64,000 nt of DNA from Hydrolagus colliei (GCA_035084275.1 CM068751.1:5084001-5148000), one strand, 5' to 3'. Positions 24,004 through 37,689 are shown, counted from the first letter of the stretch. Numbers and translations are program-made. Notes: a model not told the origin generated them from the letters alone.

Positions 24004-24740
24004 AATACAGTACAAACATATGGAGGCTGACAATGGGTTTCAATAATTGAATGTGATAAAGAACATACAGTATATGTACACAAACCCCTCCGAAATATGA
24101 CATTACAAAAATATACATCAGCAACGTAAAATAGTCTAGCAACAAGCTTAGCACTTTCAATTTTAGTTTCAATCTATCCAATCCATCATGGAATCTGATT
24201 CTGAAACTTCCAATTCCCGTTAGATTTCCACTTTTAAATTTCAAGAACAGAGTGACAGATTCAAATAATTAATCTTGGAGCCTGTGACAGTGAAGTAATG
24301 ATGTTAATCTATTTATCCTAAGTTTACTTTGTAAATTCGACGTCTGACATTTAGTTAATGTGCTAATGATATTGTATTTAAAGGCAGAACATCAATACTG
24401 CACCCTTTATGCTGTTTGGATGTATGTTCAGTATGGACTCCTTTGATCCTTTGTATATTGTCCAATTGTAAAATAAGTTGCCTCTGCATGAAGTAGTTTT
24501 CCCCAATTTTTCCTTTGTTTCCCCAGTCGCTATCTTTTATATTTGTGTTTTTCTTCAAGGCTTCTTGGAAGTTTTAACTTTGGTTACTTATCTCTGTTTC
24601 AGAAATTGACTGAGTTGGATGAAGTTGCTTAAGGGCAATTTGTAGGAAATGAGATTAATTGGCTAAATGTCCTTTCTTCAATCCACACTTTCTTACATTT
24701 TAATTGGATTTTGCGTTGTCTATTTGGAAACTAAATTCTT

Positions 24741-24910
24741 ATAATACTAATAATCCTTGCATGTAGCATCTTATCACATCTTCAAGAGTCAAAGTGCTTT
24801 ACAGAATACACTGTAAAGTAAATTGACTATATTTTGTGGGCAAAACACAGCAACCAATTGCGCACAGCAGTGTCTCACAAACAGTCGTGGGTTAAGTGAC
24901 CAATTTATTA
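24741..24910 (-). mobile_element. SINE 3' half
   Basis: Reverse-complement match to the SINE core and tail. Confidence 0.83.
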
Positions 24911-27497
24911 GAAAATATGTAACCAGCTAGTAATTGACAAGTGGATTGATATTTTCTGCCAATCTAAACCTTCCAGAGTAATGACGAAAATGAATGAAAT
25001 TAAAATAACTTTCCCCATCAAAAAATGACCGAGATCCATTGTCACTGGACCAATGGCACCCCTTTAACAAAAAGCAATTATTGGGCCATTGTGTACTGGA
25101 ATCGCATATCAACACAAAATCAGTGCAATCAGCAATATGATTTCATTCACATATCCTCCTGAGAGACCCGGGGAAAAATTCCCTTGAAGCTATTCAATAT
25201 AAGTCCTTGTTTAAAAATCCCACTGTATGAATACAATACCTTTCTCTAAAAGGGACGCACCAGCATATATCTAAATTGGAATTGAACCATTCCCTAATTA
25301 GTCTGATTTGGATACAGTTAATTCCGAGCAACCAACAGAATATTGGAAACACCCGAGTGACAGATTTTGATCGCAGATTCAACCTTCATATTAGATGTAT
25401 TGCAGTCTGTATTTTTAATTGTATCTGCATGCATGAAACAATTAGATCTGCAAATTCCCCCTAGTCTTTACAGGCCGAATAAGGAACCAATGTTACAAAT
25501 ACCAAGTCAAAGATAAAAATATGAATGAATTTGCCTTTTATGCATTTGCCATCTGACTTCTGACAGACAACGGGAACACTAATGAATTCTTCCTTATTTG
25601 TTCTGTGGCCATTTTTCGTACAAAGATAACAGTAAGCATTTGACTTTCCTTTCCTACCACCTTCCACATGCTTCCTATTCATTACAATATGCACTAATCA
25701 AAGCTTTCAATAAATGTCAGCGGATAATTAGGCTTGGCAATCTACCGAGAATTCTTATGTCCATAAAATCATGAATGTTAATGAGTTCCTGTCTGGGTTA
25801 TTTGTGAGCTTGTGGAAGATGCACTTGATGGATTGGCGCAATCTAAAGACGCAAGCAGTGAAGGGAGGCGCAGACGAGAGCCATTACCTCATTTCAATAT
25901 GTCGGTTGCTACTGAAAGGCCACAGAGTACTTGCACTCACAAATTATTAACGCCCGCGCCGACAATTTCACACTGAGAAAACACAACGTCAACCCGACTT
26001 AGCGCAGGTGTCAGAAAACTGTCGAAACAAACCAGCGCCTCTGATTTCTTCATTATTCTTCAGACGCCTTCCCTCCTACGTTGAGGAGTGGAAGGGGTGA
26101 AACGTTTGATTTATGTGGTGCTGTATACTGTCCTTGGCTGACTAATCTTATCTTCTGCTGAATTTACATTCAAAAGAGGAGTAGAAAGAATATAAAATAA
26201 ATACATCAAAGTGTTGTAGAGGCTGTAAATATTTATAGGGTTATTAAATAGCACCGTGCTTTCATACCAACCGTGCATCAGGGTATCGAAGAAGTATGGC
26301 TTTGGATGCTGTCTCAAGGTCGGAGAATGTTGTACTAAGAATCAATAGTCTAAACAACCCATTCATTGGATTGGAGATGACTTATTTTAGGTGTGAAGAA
26401 TCCAATTTGCTTTTACTTGATGATATTGATCATTAAAACTGGTGAAAGTATTAGATAATCACTTATCTGTTCAATTGTACTGTACTTAGAACACAGGCCC
26501 ACACTTACCTGTATGTGCCTGAATGTGATTAGTCGAGATTGTAAGGGATTCATTGTTTTGTGTGTTTAAAACTTTTTTTTAACGGTGGGCCAGTTCCTAG
26601 ATCGTCCCGGATTCTTTCACTCTGACTATTTTAACCTGTGTATGTAGCATACTTGTCTGTTCCACTGTGTGTCTTAAGTATGGCCTATTAAACTTGTCCT
26701 AATAGGTGTATAATAATTTAAGCAGAAAATGTTCCACACTCCAATGTTCCATACTATGCTACATACTACGCAATTAGTTTAATAACCTGTTTGCAGGCTC
26801 TGCCACAGTCCAGCCTATTACTATTGGAGCTTTTATTTCTAAAACATAAACCAGAGTAAAGAACAGCTTTACATTTACCAGTGATTGTGGTCTCCCGATA
26901 AACAGGTGTTTACAGCTCCTTATTATACAGTTCCTCTCTTACAATGCACGAGCAAAGCCAGAATTAAGATGTTATATATGTTCTATTATGATTATATGTG
27001 AGTTGTGGAATATAGATAAGCAGATCTGTGAGGGTTATTTTACAATTAGCATCCATCAACAATATGCATTATACAGTATAAGAAGTTCTGTTCTATCAGG
27101 AGAGTCTCAGAAAATTTGTATGCAGTACTGTATTGCGATACATTAGATGGTGTTTTATTGATGTACAAATATTCTATTAGTAAAGCAGCTACAAATAATG
27201 TACATTATATCAGACCATGGTGTAATGGGTCTCACTATGTTAAGATTATTGGCCTAACAGCAAAAACAGCATTTGATTCTAAGGTAGTAAATAACATTAC
27301 CAATTATCTAATGCATCAACCAAAATTCATAAATCAGGAATTGCAGTCACAATTAAAATGAGAAACAGTGAGCTTTGATAGAGTGCCTCTGTAATGCTCT
27401 GCCAGAAATTGTATTTTAAATCTTAATGTGCCGCTGTCTACTTTCAGCAATAAATACTGAGCAGATAGTGACAACCTGATGAGCATAAACAAGTGGG

Positions 27498-28634
27498 CAT
27501 CTTGCAGATACTGGAGCAATCCTGCTTCTTTCCATTTAGAGCTCGATTTTATTGAAGTTACATTGACTGCCCCTCCAGTACACGCAACTTCAAGAGGCAG
27601 ATTCATCAATCACTGTCAAAGTGGGCACCGTACCCACTCTTTCGATGAAGATCTTTGGCGTATAGCACAATAATAAAATTGGTCATTTCAAACCACAACT
27701 GTTTGCGGGACGCTGCTGTGCGCAATTGGCTGCCGCGTTTCGCCCATAAATATACAGTCAATTCACGTTACAGTATATTCTGTGAAGCGCTTTGAGACAT
27801 CGATAGGATGTGAAAAAGCGCTATATCAAGGATTATTTTATTATTATCGCAGAACTCTGCACAATATAGCATGCAATTGGAGCAATTTACAAAATATTTC
27901 TTTGTGTTATCCAATGAAATAGATGTAACATTGAGTTCCCATACTGCGCTGCTGTTGGTCCAGCATTAGTCAACAATGGGTTACAGCAAATTCATTACCA
28001 AAACCAGCTGCCGTGCTGTGCTACCACAGAGGAAAGTCTAAGAAAGACATTAATCAATACTTTATCTCCTATAAGATCTGCTCCTTTCTACAAATACATC
28101 TTTATAAGACAGGAAGGCGGCAGGTGCAGGAATCAAAATACAATGTTACAGCTAAATTTACAAGAAATAGTTGTCTAACTATTGCCTGGTAAATAAAGCC
28201 TATGTCAGCCGTGATAAATTGCTCTCATTTCCTGACTCCAGAGGCAATATTACTCGGGTTTATGCCTGAGACAAGGAAGGTCAATAAGCACAGAATAAAG
28301 ACGGTGGGAATCTAACGTTTGAAGCGCAGCAAAAGTAATAGCAGTTATGTATCATACAAACTGAATCATCAGAACTGGGTGATGAATATTTGCTCTGTAT
28401 TTTTAAAAAAAAGCCAAATCTGTTTCATCTCCCATAAATTAAATATCCATTAGCCTCGGCAACAAAAGATTGAAAGGCTTCGATCCCTGTGGTTGCATTT
28501 TGTGACATGTTTATCACAGTGATTGATGAATCTGCCTCTCGAAGTTGTGTGTACTGAAGGGGTGGTCAATGTCCTTCAATTAAATAGAGCTCTAAATGGG
28601 GGAGAAGCAGGATTGCTCCAGTATCTGCAAGATG
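27498..28634. repeat. Inverted repeat pair with arms of about 119 bp (27498-27616 and 28516-28634)
   Basis: The arms are clear reverse complements and show up as twin ORFs MMNLPLEV...EAGLLQYLQD on opposite strands. Confidence 0.9.
27669..27847 (+). mobile_element. SINE 3' half
   Basis: GCGGGACGCTGCTGTGCGCAATTGGCTGCCGCGTTTC (Deu-like core) plus tail. Confidence 0.85.
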
Positions 28635-30068
28635 ACACAGGACATAAGATGGCGACAGTCAACGCAGGTGCGTTATGGAGGAGCCTGCTGGAAAACAAAG
28701 TATCTACGCGCACCGACATACTGTGTGACAGGAATAACTGAGCTCCCTACAGTTGTGCCTCTCTGGCTTACTGAAACACAATTGAATTTTTCATCAGTCA
28801 CTATTATGTGCCTCACTGAACAGTAGAGATGGAGATTTCCAGACTTTATTCATATTTCTGTTTTGGGAAATAATTCATTCAAACGTAGCTGATACGGAAG
28901 ATACCGCTTCAGTGTGTATAACTTTATTATGTGCATGAAATTTCAAAATGGCTTGATCCACTGAATTAAGTTATTCTAAACGTCTGCTGCTTATTCTTAT
29001 TCACCCACATCTATAAGAGTTCAAATTAAAATAGTTTTTGGTAAAGGTGGCATTCTGCCAGCAACATTTTATACCCAAACCAAATGACTTTATTGGTAGT
29101 GGAAAGAGTGATTTCATTTACAGAGTGCCCCTCACACAATGGCATGTGATTGACTGATAAAAATGAGAAAGTATACCATTAAGCATTTTTGCAAAAGGAG
29201 CACAAACTATGGTATATAATTGGGGAGGTAACAAAGAATTCATACGAATGATAAAGGAAGAGTTCAACGTACAGTACTTAGAATTACTGGTCTATTTTCA
29301 GTTTGCTTGGTGGTGGTAATGGTGGTGGGGAGCTCAATTATTTATTTCCCAATACCAAACAGTATGTTCTAACCCATGAGTTTAACGCTATCACTACAGA
29401 AAGTTTCCAAAATATATTGCTATGTGTTGTATGCCTCCAAGACAATTCAAGTAGAATTCAACAAGTGGTTTATTACATAAATACGTAGAAAGGAAAAAGT
29501 CCCCGAGCACCATTAAGTCCATTTCCACTTCCCATCCAAATTCTACTATTTCCAGCAGTTTTAAGGGGAGTGAATTAGTTTAACAAAAGGACCTTGAGGA
29601 GGTTGTCTTCTTCCATTCAGCTTTGTACTGTCACGGCATAAATTTTAATGTAATGCCCTAAAGGTGTTGCTTTCACATTTTAGTGAGGAGCTGACAGTAG
29701 AATTATGCTCCATTCAGAGACAGTCATTGTCTGCAGGGCAGGTAGATATTGTGCATGAAAACTGAGTTTGCAGGATATTCATAATTAAGTGATGAAGAAT
29801 TTAGGAATTATTTTCAGTGAAGATGTTTGGCTTTGTCACAAAATTTGTCTGGATGAAGAGCTACTTTGGCCCATCCGATTTCAAGCCCTATTTCAGGTGG
29901 TAGTGGAAGGTTACTGTGTTACATTAAATGCCAAGATAGAACGAGGTTAGTAAGTAAATGTGGTTGTTGAGTGGTTAAGTTTTAGGTTTGTTGCATTCAC
30001 AAGTAATATTTTACAAACAATACAAAGGTAAAATCAAAGCGACCCAACCATTTTCTTAATCAGCCAGT

Positions 30069-30380
30069 ATAATAATAATAATCCTTGCATTTGGTATAGC
30101 AATTTTCACATCTGCTAGATGTCTCAAAGCGCTTCATTGAATATACTGTACAGTAAATTAACTGTGTATTTATGGAAGAAACACAACAGCTAATCGCACA
30201 CAGCAGTGTCCCACAAACAGTTGTGGGATTAAGGTGACCGATTTATTATTGATTTTTTTGTGGGATTATTATCAGAAGTGTGGAGTAAGGAAACTTGCCC
30301 AAGGTTTTGCCCTGCCGGGAATCGAACCTCGGACTCTCACTTGCGAGAGGATTGCTCTAATCACTGAACTACAGGATTCC
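30069..30380 (-). mobile_element. Full-length copy of the same tRNA/Deu SINE
   Basis: Reverse complement of 38541-38865, from the (AAT)n tail to the tRNA head. Confidence 0.88.
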
Positions 30381-30462
30381 ACATTAAGATGAATTGGAAA
30401 TATTTACATATTTGCTCAAAATTATATCAGACGCCATTTTCCAACATATAATCTATAATAGC

Positions 30463-30575
30463 AATAATAATCCTTGCATTTGGTATAACGCCTTATCACG
30501 TCTTCGAGATGTCTCAAAGTGGTATATATTACAAATATATTGTAAAGGGAATTGACTGTATATTTTGTGTGCGAA
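30463..30575 (-). mobile_element. SINE 3' tail fragment
   Basis: AATAATAATCCTTGCATTTGGTATAACGCC...GTCTCAAAG...TTGACTGTATATT. Confidence 0.75.
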
Positions 30576-32212
30576 ACTACCTTCTACAAGTGGGTTTAGC
30601 TCCCACCAAAACGACACCACTCACTCCACCTCTTTAAAGGGGCTGAGCGTCTAAAATTGCTTCATGATTTTAGAATTTCCCCCAAAATCAATAGATTGAG
30701 CTGTTGCATACATCATGGCCGTGGCTGCCAGCAGTCAGGACATCCTGATGAGTCAGCTGTTTAAAACAGCTGAATTGAGCCCATGTACATGGCAGAATAA
30801 ACTGCAAACTCCCAAGTGACTCTATGCAAATGTATTGCACTCTGACCCTGGTGGGAAAATGACTATTGATTCCTGTGTACAAGACCTGCCGTCCAGAAGC
30901 CGCATCCGGAACCCATGTGTCAGAAGAGTTTATTGAGTCTGATATAGAATTTCAAGCAGACCTGCGTTAAGTGGTCCCCATCAGGAATAAACAAAATGGA
31001 TTGTTGAAGGCAGGATGGCTGTTAAATACAGGTTACATTAGCTCGATTGACCTGAATTGTCAAAATTGTCTAATCTGTTACTCTGCGTAAAATTAATTAT
31101 TTGAGTACTTAAAACAAGATGGAGTTTAAGCTTCCTGCACCACACATCCTCTTTAGGCTGGTCATTTTATATATTTCTATCAATTAATTCAGCACGTTCA
31201 ATAATTCTGGAACAAATTGAAAAGACTGGTGCTGGAACTATTCCAATTGTAAATTATACATTTGCCAGTCAAACATCATATATGGATTGAGCATTTCTAT
31301 GTTGCGCTGTCCATATTTTACAAATGTTCTTTTCTTTTTGGAAAATGAAATACTGAATTATTTGCCAGCACAATCCAACAAAACGTTTAAAAAAGAAATT
31401 GGAAATAAGAAAGTGGTGTTAGAGGAGCCATGCTATTTTTAGTTCTTTTGTGTAATTAAGTCGGAAGCCTGCTTATTGTACTCCATGCATGTGTATTCTT
31501 CACACCTAATGCCAACCAGAACACAATCAAATGTAAGATTCCAATCTTGGTTCTTATATTATTGTGAAAAGATATAGAATGATGCTGTGTCCTTCTCAAA
31601 CTGTTTTACGCTATTAACCTTGCAAAGGAAGAGGTGTTAAAATGCCTCTCAAACCTCGAGCTATGTAGTAGTGCAAAAACAGTGTTTTCTTAACGTGCCT
31701 TGTGCTAATGATCTCGCACTCCATTGAGGCAGGAGGCTGTTTACAGCAGCAGTGTGTGAAGTCATTATCGAGGGAGACCAGGCAGAGTCCTACATTGGCT
31801 GGCTTTTCCTCTGCCTGCTTCCCTTTTAGTTTAACATTCGGCTCACGTTCACAAAGGTAATGATGCCCATGGAGAACAGACTGGCAGTAATCAATCCGCT
31901 GTTCATGGGTGTTCATCACCAAACACCATTTAGCTGAAGGCACCATTTTGCAGATGATATGTGACGGCAAGCATTGGGCATTGTAAAGAAGAGACATTCA
32001 GACCTCCCTCACACTCTCTGAGTTGTATGTAATTTTAATTCATATTATCCACATTCATGAGAAAAATGCATCGCATATTAATGCACTTGCAGGTTCAAAA
32101 GGGAAATTGAGTAACATTTAAACAATGTTGTTTTTAGAAAGTGTTTATTGATACGTTGCTATTTAAGAACTTAGATAAAAACGTGTGCTACATTTTCAAT
32201 TTAAACACTTAC

Positions 32213-32501
32213 AATAATAATAATCCTGACTTCTAGGTGTTTCAAAAAGCTTCACAGAATACTACTGTAACGTGATTTGACTGTATATTTTCTGGGTGAA
32301 ATATGGCAGCCAATTGCGCACAGCAGTGTCTCGCAAACAGTTGTGGATTAAGTGACCAAATTATAATTGGTTTTTTTCATGAGGGATTATTATCAGGCAC
32401 GTGGAGTAACTAAATTTACCCAAGGTTTGGCCCTGCCGGGAATCGAACTGAGGTCTCTCACTCGCAAGGTGAGCGCTCTAACCACTGAGCTACAGTACTC
32501 C
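32213..32501 (-). mobile_element. Near-full-length copy of the same tRNA/Deu SINE
   Basis: tRNA head (CTCTAACCACTGAGCTACAG on +), Deu-like core and a tail with a small deletion. Confidence 0.88.
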
Positions 32502-32691
32502 TAACTGCCCATGAAATGCAAGGAGGTGAAAACTGTGATGATCTTATGATCTGAACGTTGACCATTTTTGTAGTTCCAATGGATACTTTTAAAAATTCAT
32601 CTAATGCCTTATCTCGTCACTGTGATGTCTCAAAGCACTTCATATGATATACTCCATGTAAAGTGCAGTGGCTCTGTTCATTTTGTAGATA

Positions 32692-33193
32692 CAGATAGAC
32701 CCCGTTTAACGTCGTAGATTGATTATTGCAAAATGCGACTTGAAGCGAAACGAGGTTAAGCAAATACATTTTTCCCATAAGAATGAATGTAAAAACTGGA
32801 GTTACATTCTTTTGGACATTTTTGGTCAAAATTTTCAAACAAAAAACTTTATACTCACTCCCTGACTGCTTTTCTGGCTCACGCATTCGCTCCCTGACTG
32901 CCAACCTTCCCTCCCTCCCTCCCTCCCGCCGTGACTGCTTTTCTGGCTCACTCGCTCCCTCATTGACTGCCTACCCGGCTCACTCACTCGCTGCCGGTCT
33001 CACTTGCTGCCGGCTGGCTCTCTCTCTCGCTGCCGGCCTGGCTCACTCCCAGGTCCTAGCGCCATCGTGCCCCCTTTTCACCCGCTGGCGAACAACATAC
33101 TAGCGAACCTCACAACGTTAAACGCTTCCAATGTATCAGCAACGTAATAATAAAAAAACGTTAACCGGAGCGACGTTAAGCAGGGTCTAGCTA
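32692..33193. mobile_element. Tigger/pogo-like (Tc1/mariner superfamily) non-autonomous element
   Basis: TA-flanked TIRs: CAGATAGACCCCGTTTAACGTCG versus the reverse complement of the right end, TAGCTAGACCCTGCTTAACGTCG. Tigger-like TTTTCCCATAAGAAT motif and internal CTCCCTGACTGC repeats. Confidence 0.8.
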
Positions 33194-33381
33194 TATTTAT
33201 AAGTATCATAGAAAATGCAAAGGGCCATTGGGTCAATCTTCTTTGATCAAGATCTATTTTATCTATGGGAATCAATTAGCTAACCAAAATGCTTAGTTTT
33301 CTTGTTCAATGGACAAGGAAGCTTTTTCAAGTTGATCAGCATTTTTCAATTAGTATTTTATTGTCAAAGATACCTTGAAAG

Positions 33382-34282
33382 TAGGGTCCGGCGATATATC
33401 GATATATCGGTTATATCGATATAATTTTCATATCGATATGCCGATATCGGAATTTAAAATATATCGATATATCGAAAAATCCGATATAAAAAATCGGTAT
33501 ATCGTAAATATCGTTTCCGGCGATATATCGGTGTTATCGGTATAATGCGATCTTTTCCAGCTTAACTTGTCGCCGGCATTGCAACCTCCTGGGCCTAGAG
33601 CATGGAATGCGCGCGCACCCTGAATGCGAATGCGCGCGCACTGAACTACAAGACCCAGAATGCTCATCACTATACACAATGCACAGACCGAGGTGCAAGC
33701 CGCCATATTGTGTAGTCCTCGAATACAATATACTGGTATACAAGGGGTGGGGGGAGAGGGAGGGAGAGATGGGCGGGGGGGGGGGGGGGGGGGCGAGAGA
33801 GAGAGACGGGGGAGGGGAAGAGGAAGAGAGAGAGGGGGGGGGGGGAGAGGGAGGGAGAGACGGGGGGAATGTGATAATATACAGTATATTAGACAGACAG
33901 ACGGGGGGAGTGTCAGAGAGGAGAGAGACACAGAGAGAGAGAGATGGAGAGAGTGAGTGTGAGAGACACAGAGAGAGAGAGAGATATTTACCTCATGAGG
34001 AGATAGGCCAACACCTGAGCCAGATCCACATCCTTCCCCCCCCTCACCCTCACTCCCTCTCTCTCTCTGTCCCTCTCTCCCCTGTCCCTCTCTCCCCTGT
34101 CACACACTCTCTCGTCGCGTTGAGAACCAACCAAAATGGACTTTTAGTTCAGTGCCCCGAATGCGCGCGCACCTCTGAATGCGCACGCATGCGCAGTATA
34201 AAACCCCCGAAAATATCGACATATATCGATATGAGCCCATCGATATATCGATATCGGAAAATTTCCATATCGACGGACCCTA
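33382..34282. mobile_element. Non-autonomous hAT DNA transposon, copy B (901 bp)
   Basis: TIR TAGGGTCCGGCGATAT / ATATCGACGGACCCTA (1 mismatch). Perfect TSD CTTGAAAG at 33374-33381 and 34283-34290. Internal sequence shared with copies A and C. Confidence 0.93.
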
Positions 34283-35797
34283 CTTGAAAGCAAAACCTAT
34301 TCAAACACTGCATGGAGATTGAACTAAGTAAGCCTTGGAGAAGATATTCACTGAAGGATAACCTTGATCTTTCACCTTATTTAATTAAATTGAATCTCTT
34401 AAAGTGCGGTTAATTGTCAAAGAAATGATTTAGTGGCATTGCCCGAACACAGGAAACCTCGCAGTAGCACATTTCTGATCTTTTCATAACATATAAGTAA
34501 GTTCATTCATGAAATGCCTTTCTTCATCAAGTTTTTCAATTGAATATTCATAATGATGTGAAAGTTCAGGATATCTAATTATTATGTTTGCCTGAACTGG
34601 TGAAATTAATCAGAATTAAATATTCAAAGCTGAGCACAAATGATGACTGTTTTGATCTGCACACCAAAAGCCTTGGAGACTGGACCTGTAATCTATTTAC
34701 AATTCATTAATCAACACACAAAGAATAAATATTCATAATCCCACAAACCGACAACCAGACAAAAGAAGTGGAGTGCAATACTAATTAGGGTTCAACCACA
34801 TTTTATGCATATATGCAAATGTGTTCTGTGATGCAATAAGCTTTATCTTTTAGCATAGGGTGTGATGAGAGATTCATTTCCAAACAGAGCATATCCCTTC
34901 ACAAAGGGCCACAGTTCAAAAATAATAAAAAATCAATCTTTATTTGCTGCAACTTTAAAGAAAGTAATACCAGCCTCTTTGCTACATAGCTTGTGATACA
35001 GTGATAGCAGAGGTATGAATACCACTTTTAACTCTAAATGCGAATACATTTGATTTACATTTCGGTGCTGCTTGAAGAGTATTCTGTGCTGAAAAAGGAA
35101 ATGTGGATCAAAACTGGTCTTACTTTGCTGGTAGATCAGTTTGGGAAACATTGCATATACCTAATGGATTAATGTTAGATCATTCCTTATCTCTGTGGTA
35201 TAGCGGTGGGCCATGTATTAGCCTTGATAGCTTAGTAATGGCGATACTTCTTACCCTCGATACCTTTTACTTGGTTGTCAGTGGTGAATATGAAACACTT
35301 GCCTCTAACAGAAGGTTCTAAAGACCAGACGCATCCTTTAAAGCAGCTTTATTTTACCTTATTTTACTGCTTCATGGATTTAAATTTAGCATTGGGTGAG
35401 GATTGATGTTAACTTTTAAAAGAAAATCAAATTTCACACTGCGACTGCACTCGAGTGTTAGCTGAAGTGCTCGTGTGTTGCAAGTTCGGACATGGGGTTG
35501 CAACCACCTCTGATTGGACATTTCTTGGCTACTTCAGGATCTGTGTTTCAGCCACATATTCTCCTAGGAAGGCAATATTGTCATGCACTGAACCATGCGA
35601 GCTGCACCAATTGTAAGTAAATTGCTTCATGTCGGAGAGTTTCATTGACTTGATGCGCAAAGATTGGATTGTCTCAATTATGCAAAGAAAAAGCCACACA
35701 TAATTTTAGATCGATCAGTTCTCACAAACAGAAATTTCTACCAGAATCCACTACGTCAGAAAAGTATTGTCGTTTGAATTGAGTTGGAAGTACTTAC

Positions 35798-35983
35798 ATT
35801 TTGTAACCACCCCTTCCAGGCGGATGATGTTGGGGTTATCAAACTGGCCCATGATGCTCGCCTCGCTCAGGAAATCTCTGCGCTGCTTCTCCGAATAACC
35901 TGCTTTCAAACTCTTGATGGCGACATAGATCTCTCGCTTACCAGGTAGCTTCAACCGTCCACTGCAAACCTCCCCAAATTCAC
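35798..35983 (-). CDS. epha4l: EphA receptor exon 11 equivalent: kinase N-lobe
   Basis: [62 protein letters not shown]. cag/gtaagt boundaries. 186 nt, the typical Eph exon size. Confidence 0.97.
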
Positions 35984-37016
35984 CTGATCCAAAGACAACA
36001 TCGAAAACTTGACTCTCAAGCAATACACTCACAATCACTGGAGTACCAGATTCATATGAATGAACACGTCAGTATTAAAGTCATGTCCATTGTGGACAAT
36101 GTAAGTTACAATGAATGAGTGTGCAAATTTATCAAATGAAGATTTTTATTCTTTTTTGGCAGATCTCCAGAGAAAAATTGTCCCGGTAGATCTTTTGCTG
36201 AAACTTCTTCTAATCTTCCTTCTTTCTGGATATCCTTTGGTTCCACGTTCCGCTCTACCTCTAAAACATTGTTAGCTTTTGTAAAACAAGAGAAATGACA
36301 CCTTTTTGAATTGAATAGCCTGAATATTTCAAAGCTACAGAGACCAGGTTCCATTGAAAATTAATTAATTCACACCATGCCACTGAATGTTGGGTTGCAA
36401 GTTTGGACTTGTGGTTCCCTCGATGAGTTCCAGATCACACCTCTTTTGGTCTGACCCAGAATGTCATTAATAAAAGTCTGCAACGACTGACTCAAAAGAA
36501 TTGTGTTGAAATGTGGAACTCATAGATTTAGATGTGTGAAAGCAAAGAAAATGAGTATTGAGAAAATGAAATGTGCGAAAATACCTTAGATACATTAAAA
36601 AATACTATTAAAGTGGACGAGTTGGACACCAGACACAATGTCTTAAGATTGTGCAGAATCCGGGGGGGAAAAATCTTGGTCTCAATGCAGAACGACAGAA
36701 AACTAGCATTCAAATTAAGACCGAAATTAAAAATATTCCACAATTCTGCACAAACTTAAATTTTAATGCAGAATGGTAGAGAGGAACAAAGCAGAAATAC
36801 AGTACCAATCTAGGAGTTTATTCAACTGTCTGGAAATTAAGTGGATTTGATGGTGTGTGTTCATAATAAAATTCTATTGTAAACGCATGGCCAAATTCAG
36901 TAGATTCTCAGCTGGGGGAAATGATCCACTTAACTGTGTTAAGCTGTCAGTCAGTCAGATAAAAAGCACTGCCTCTTCTTGCTGCTGCATTCTTGCTTTC
37001 CTATTTATTGTCTTAC

Positions 37017-37142
37017 CAGCCCCGATCACGCTCTCAATCCGAATGCTTGATGCATCAATTTCCTTTGCAAAGTCTCGGATGGCTTGATTGGGATCTTCGT
37101 AGGTATGTGGGTGCACATAGGTTCTGCTCTCGGGCAACCTCA
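37017..37142 (-). CDS. epha4l: EphA receptor exon 10 equivalent: juxtamembrane tyrosines and kinase start
   Basis: (V)[41 protein letters not shown](G). Acceptor ctttgatag, donor gtaaga. 126 nt. Confidence 0.95.
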
Positions 37143-37689
37143 CTATCAAAGACAGTAAAATGTGTTCAGATTATAATTTATACACACAACAAAAAACTCT
37201 GCTCCCATATCAAAAGCTGATCAAACTCACGGGGCCCAATGCAGTGGCAAATATGAGCATAGTTGGCAAATTATCTATAGTTTATGGAAGCATTGCCTGT
37301 CTTCTCCAGCCCAACAGTGACTATAGAACTAATATTTATATACAGTATAAGCACACACTTATGAGAACACAAGTCTGAGATCTTTGGCTCAATTTCCTCA
37401 AAACTAGTCGGTTGATAGCTAATCAATGCCCAGCATTGGGCTGAATGATCGTTATACTCTTCCAGCTAGAGAACCACCAAAAACAGTCGGAGACCTAACC
37501 AGGGCAAAAAAGGAAAAATTTATCTTTTTGAAAAAAAAATTAGAGGCATGACTTGCCTGTCAGATCTCAGTCCTGGATGTATCATTGATGTACATTAAAG
37601 GTACTAAAAATTCTTTAGCCTACCAAACAGAATTGGTCACCTCAGATGTTGCGTAACTCAATACGGTTGATCTTGAAATTTTATCTCAC

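Noticed and set aside
27334-28741. Twin ORFs MMNLPLEV... as duplicated small genes
   Set aside because: They come from the inverted repeat, use non-ATG starts and fall out of frame with each other in the middle.
33428-34287. 167-aa and 226-aa ORFs, and similar ORFs at 60630-61055, as transposase
   Set aside because: They are low-complexity translations of MITE sequence with no BED finger, DDE or hAT dimerisation motifs.
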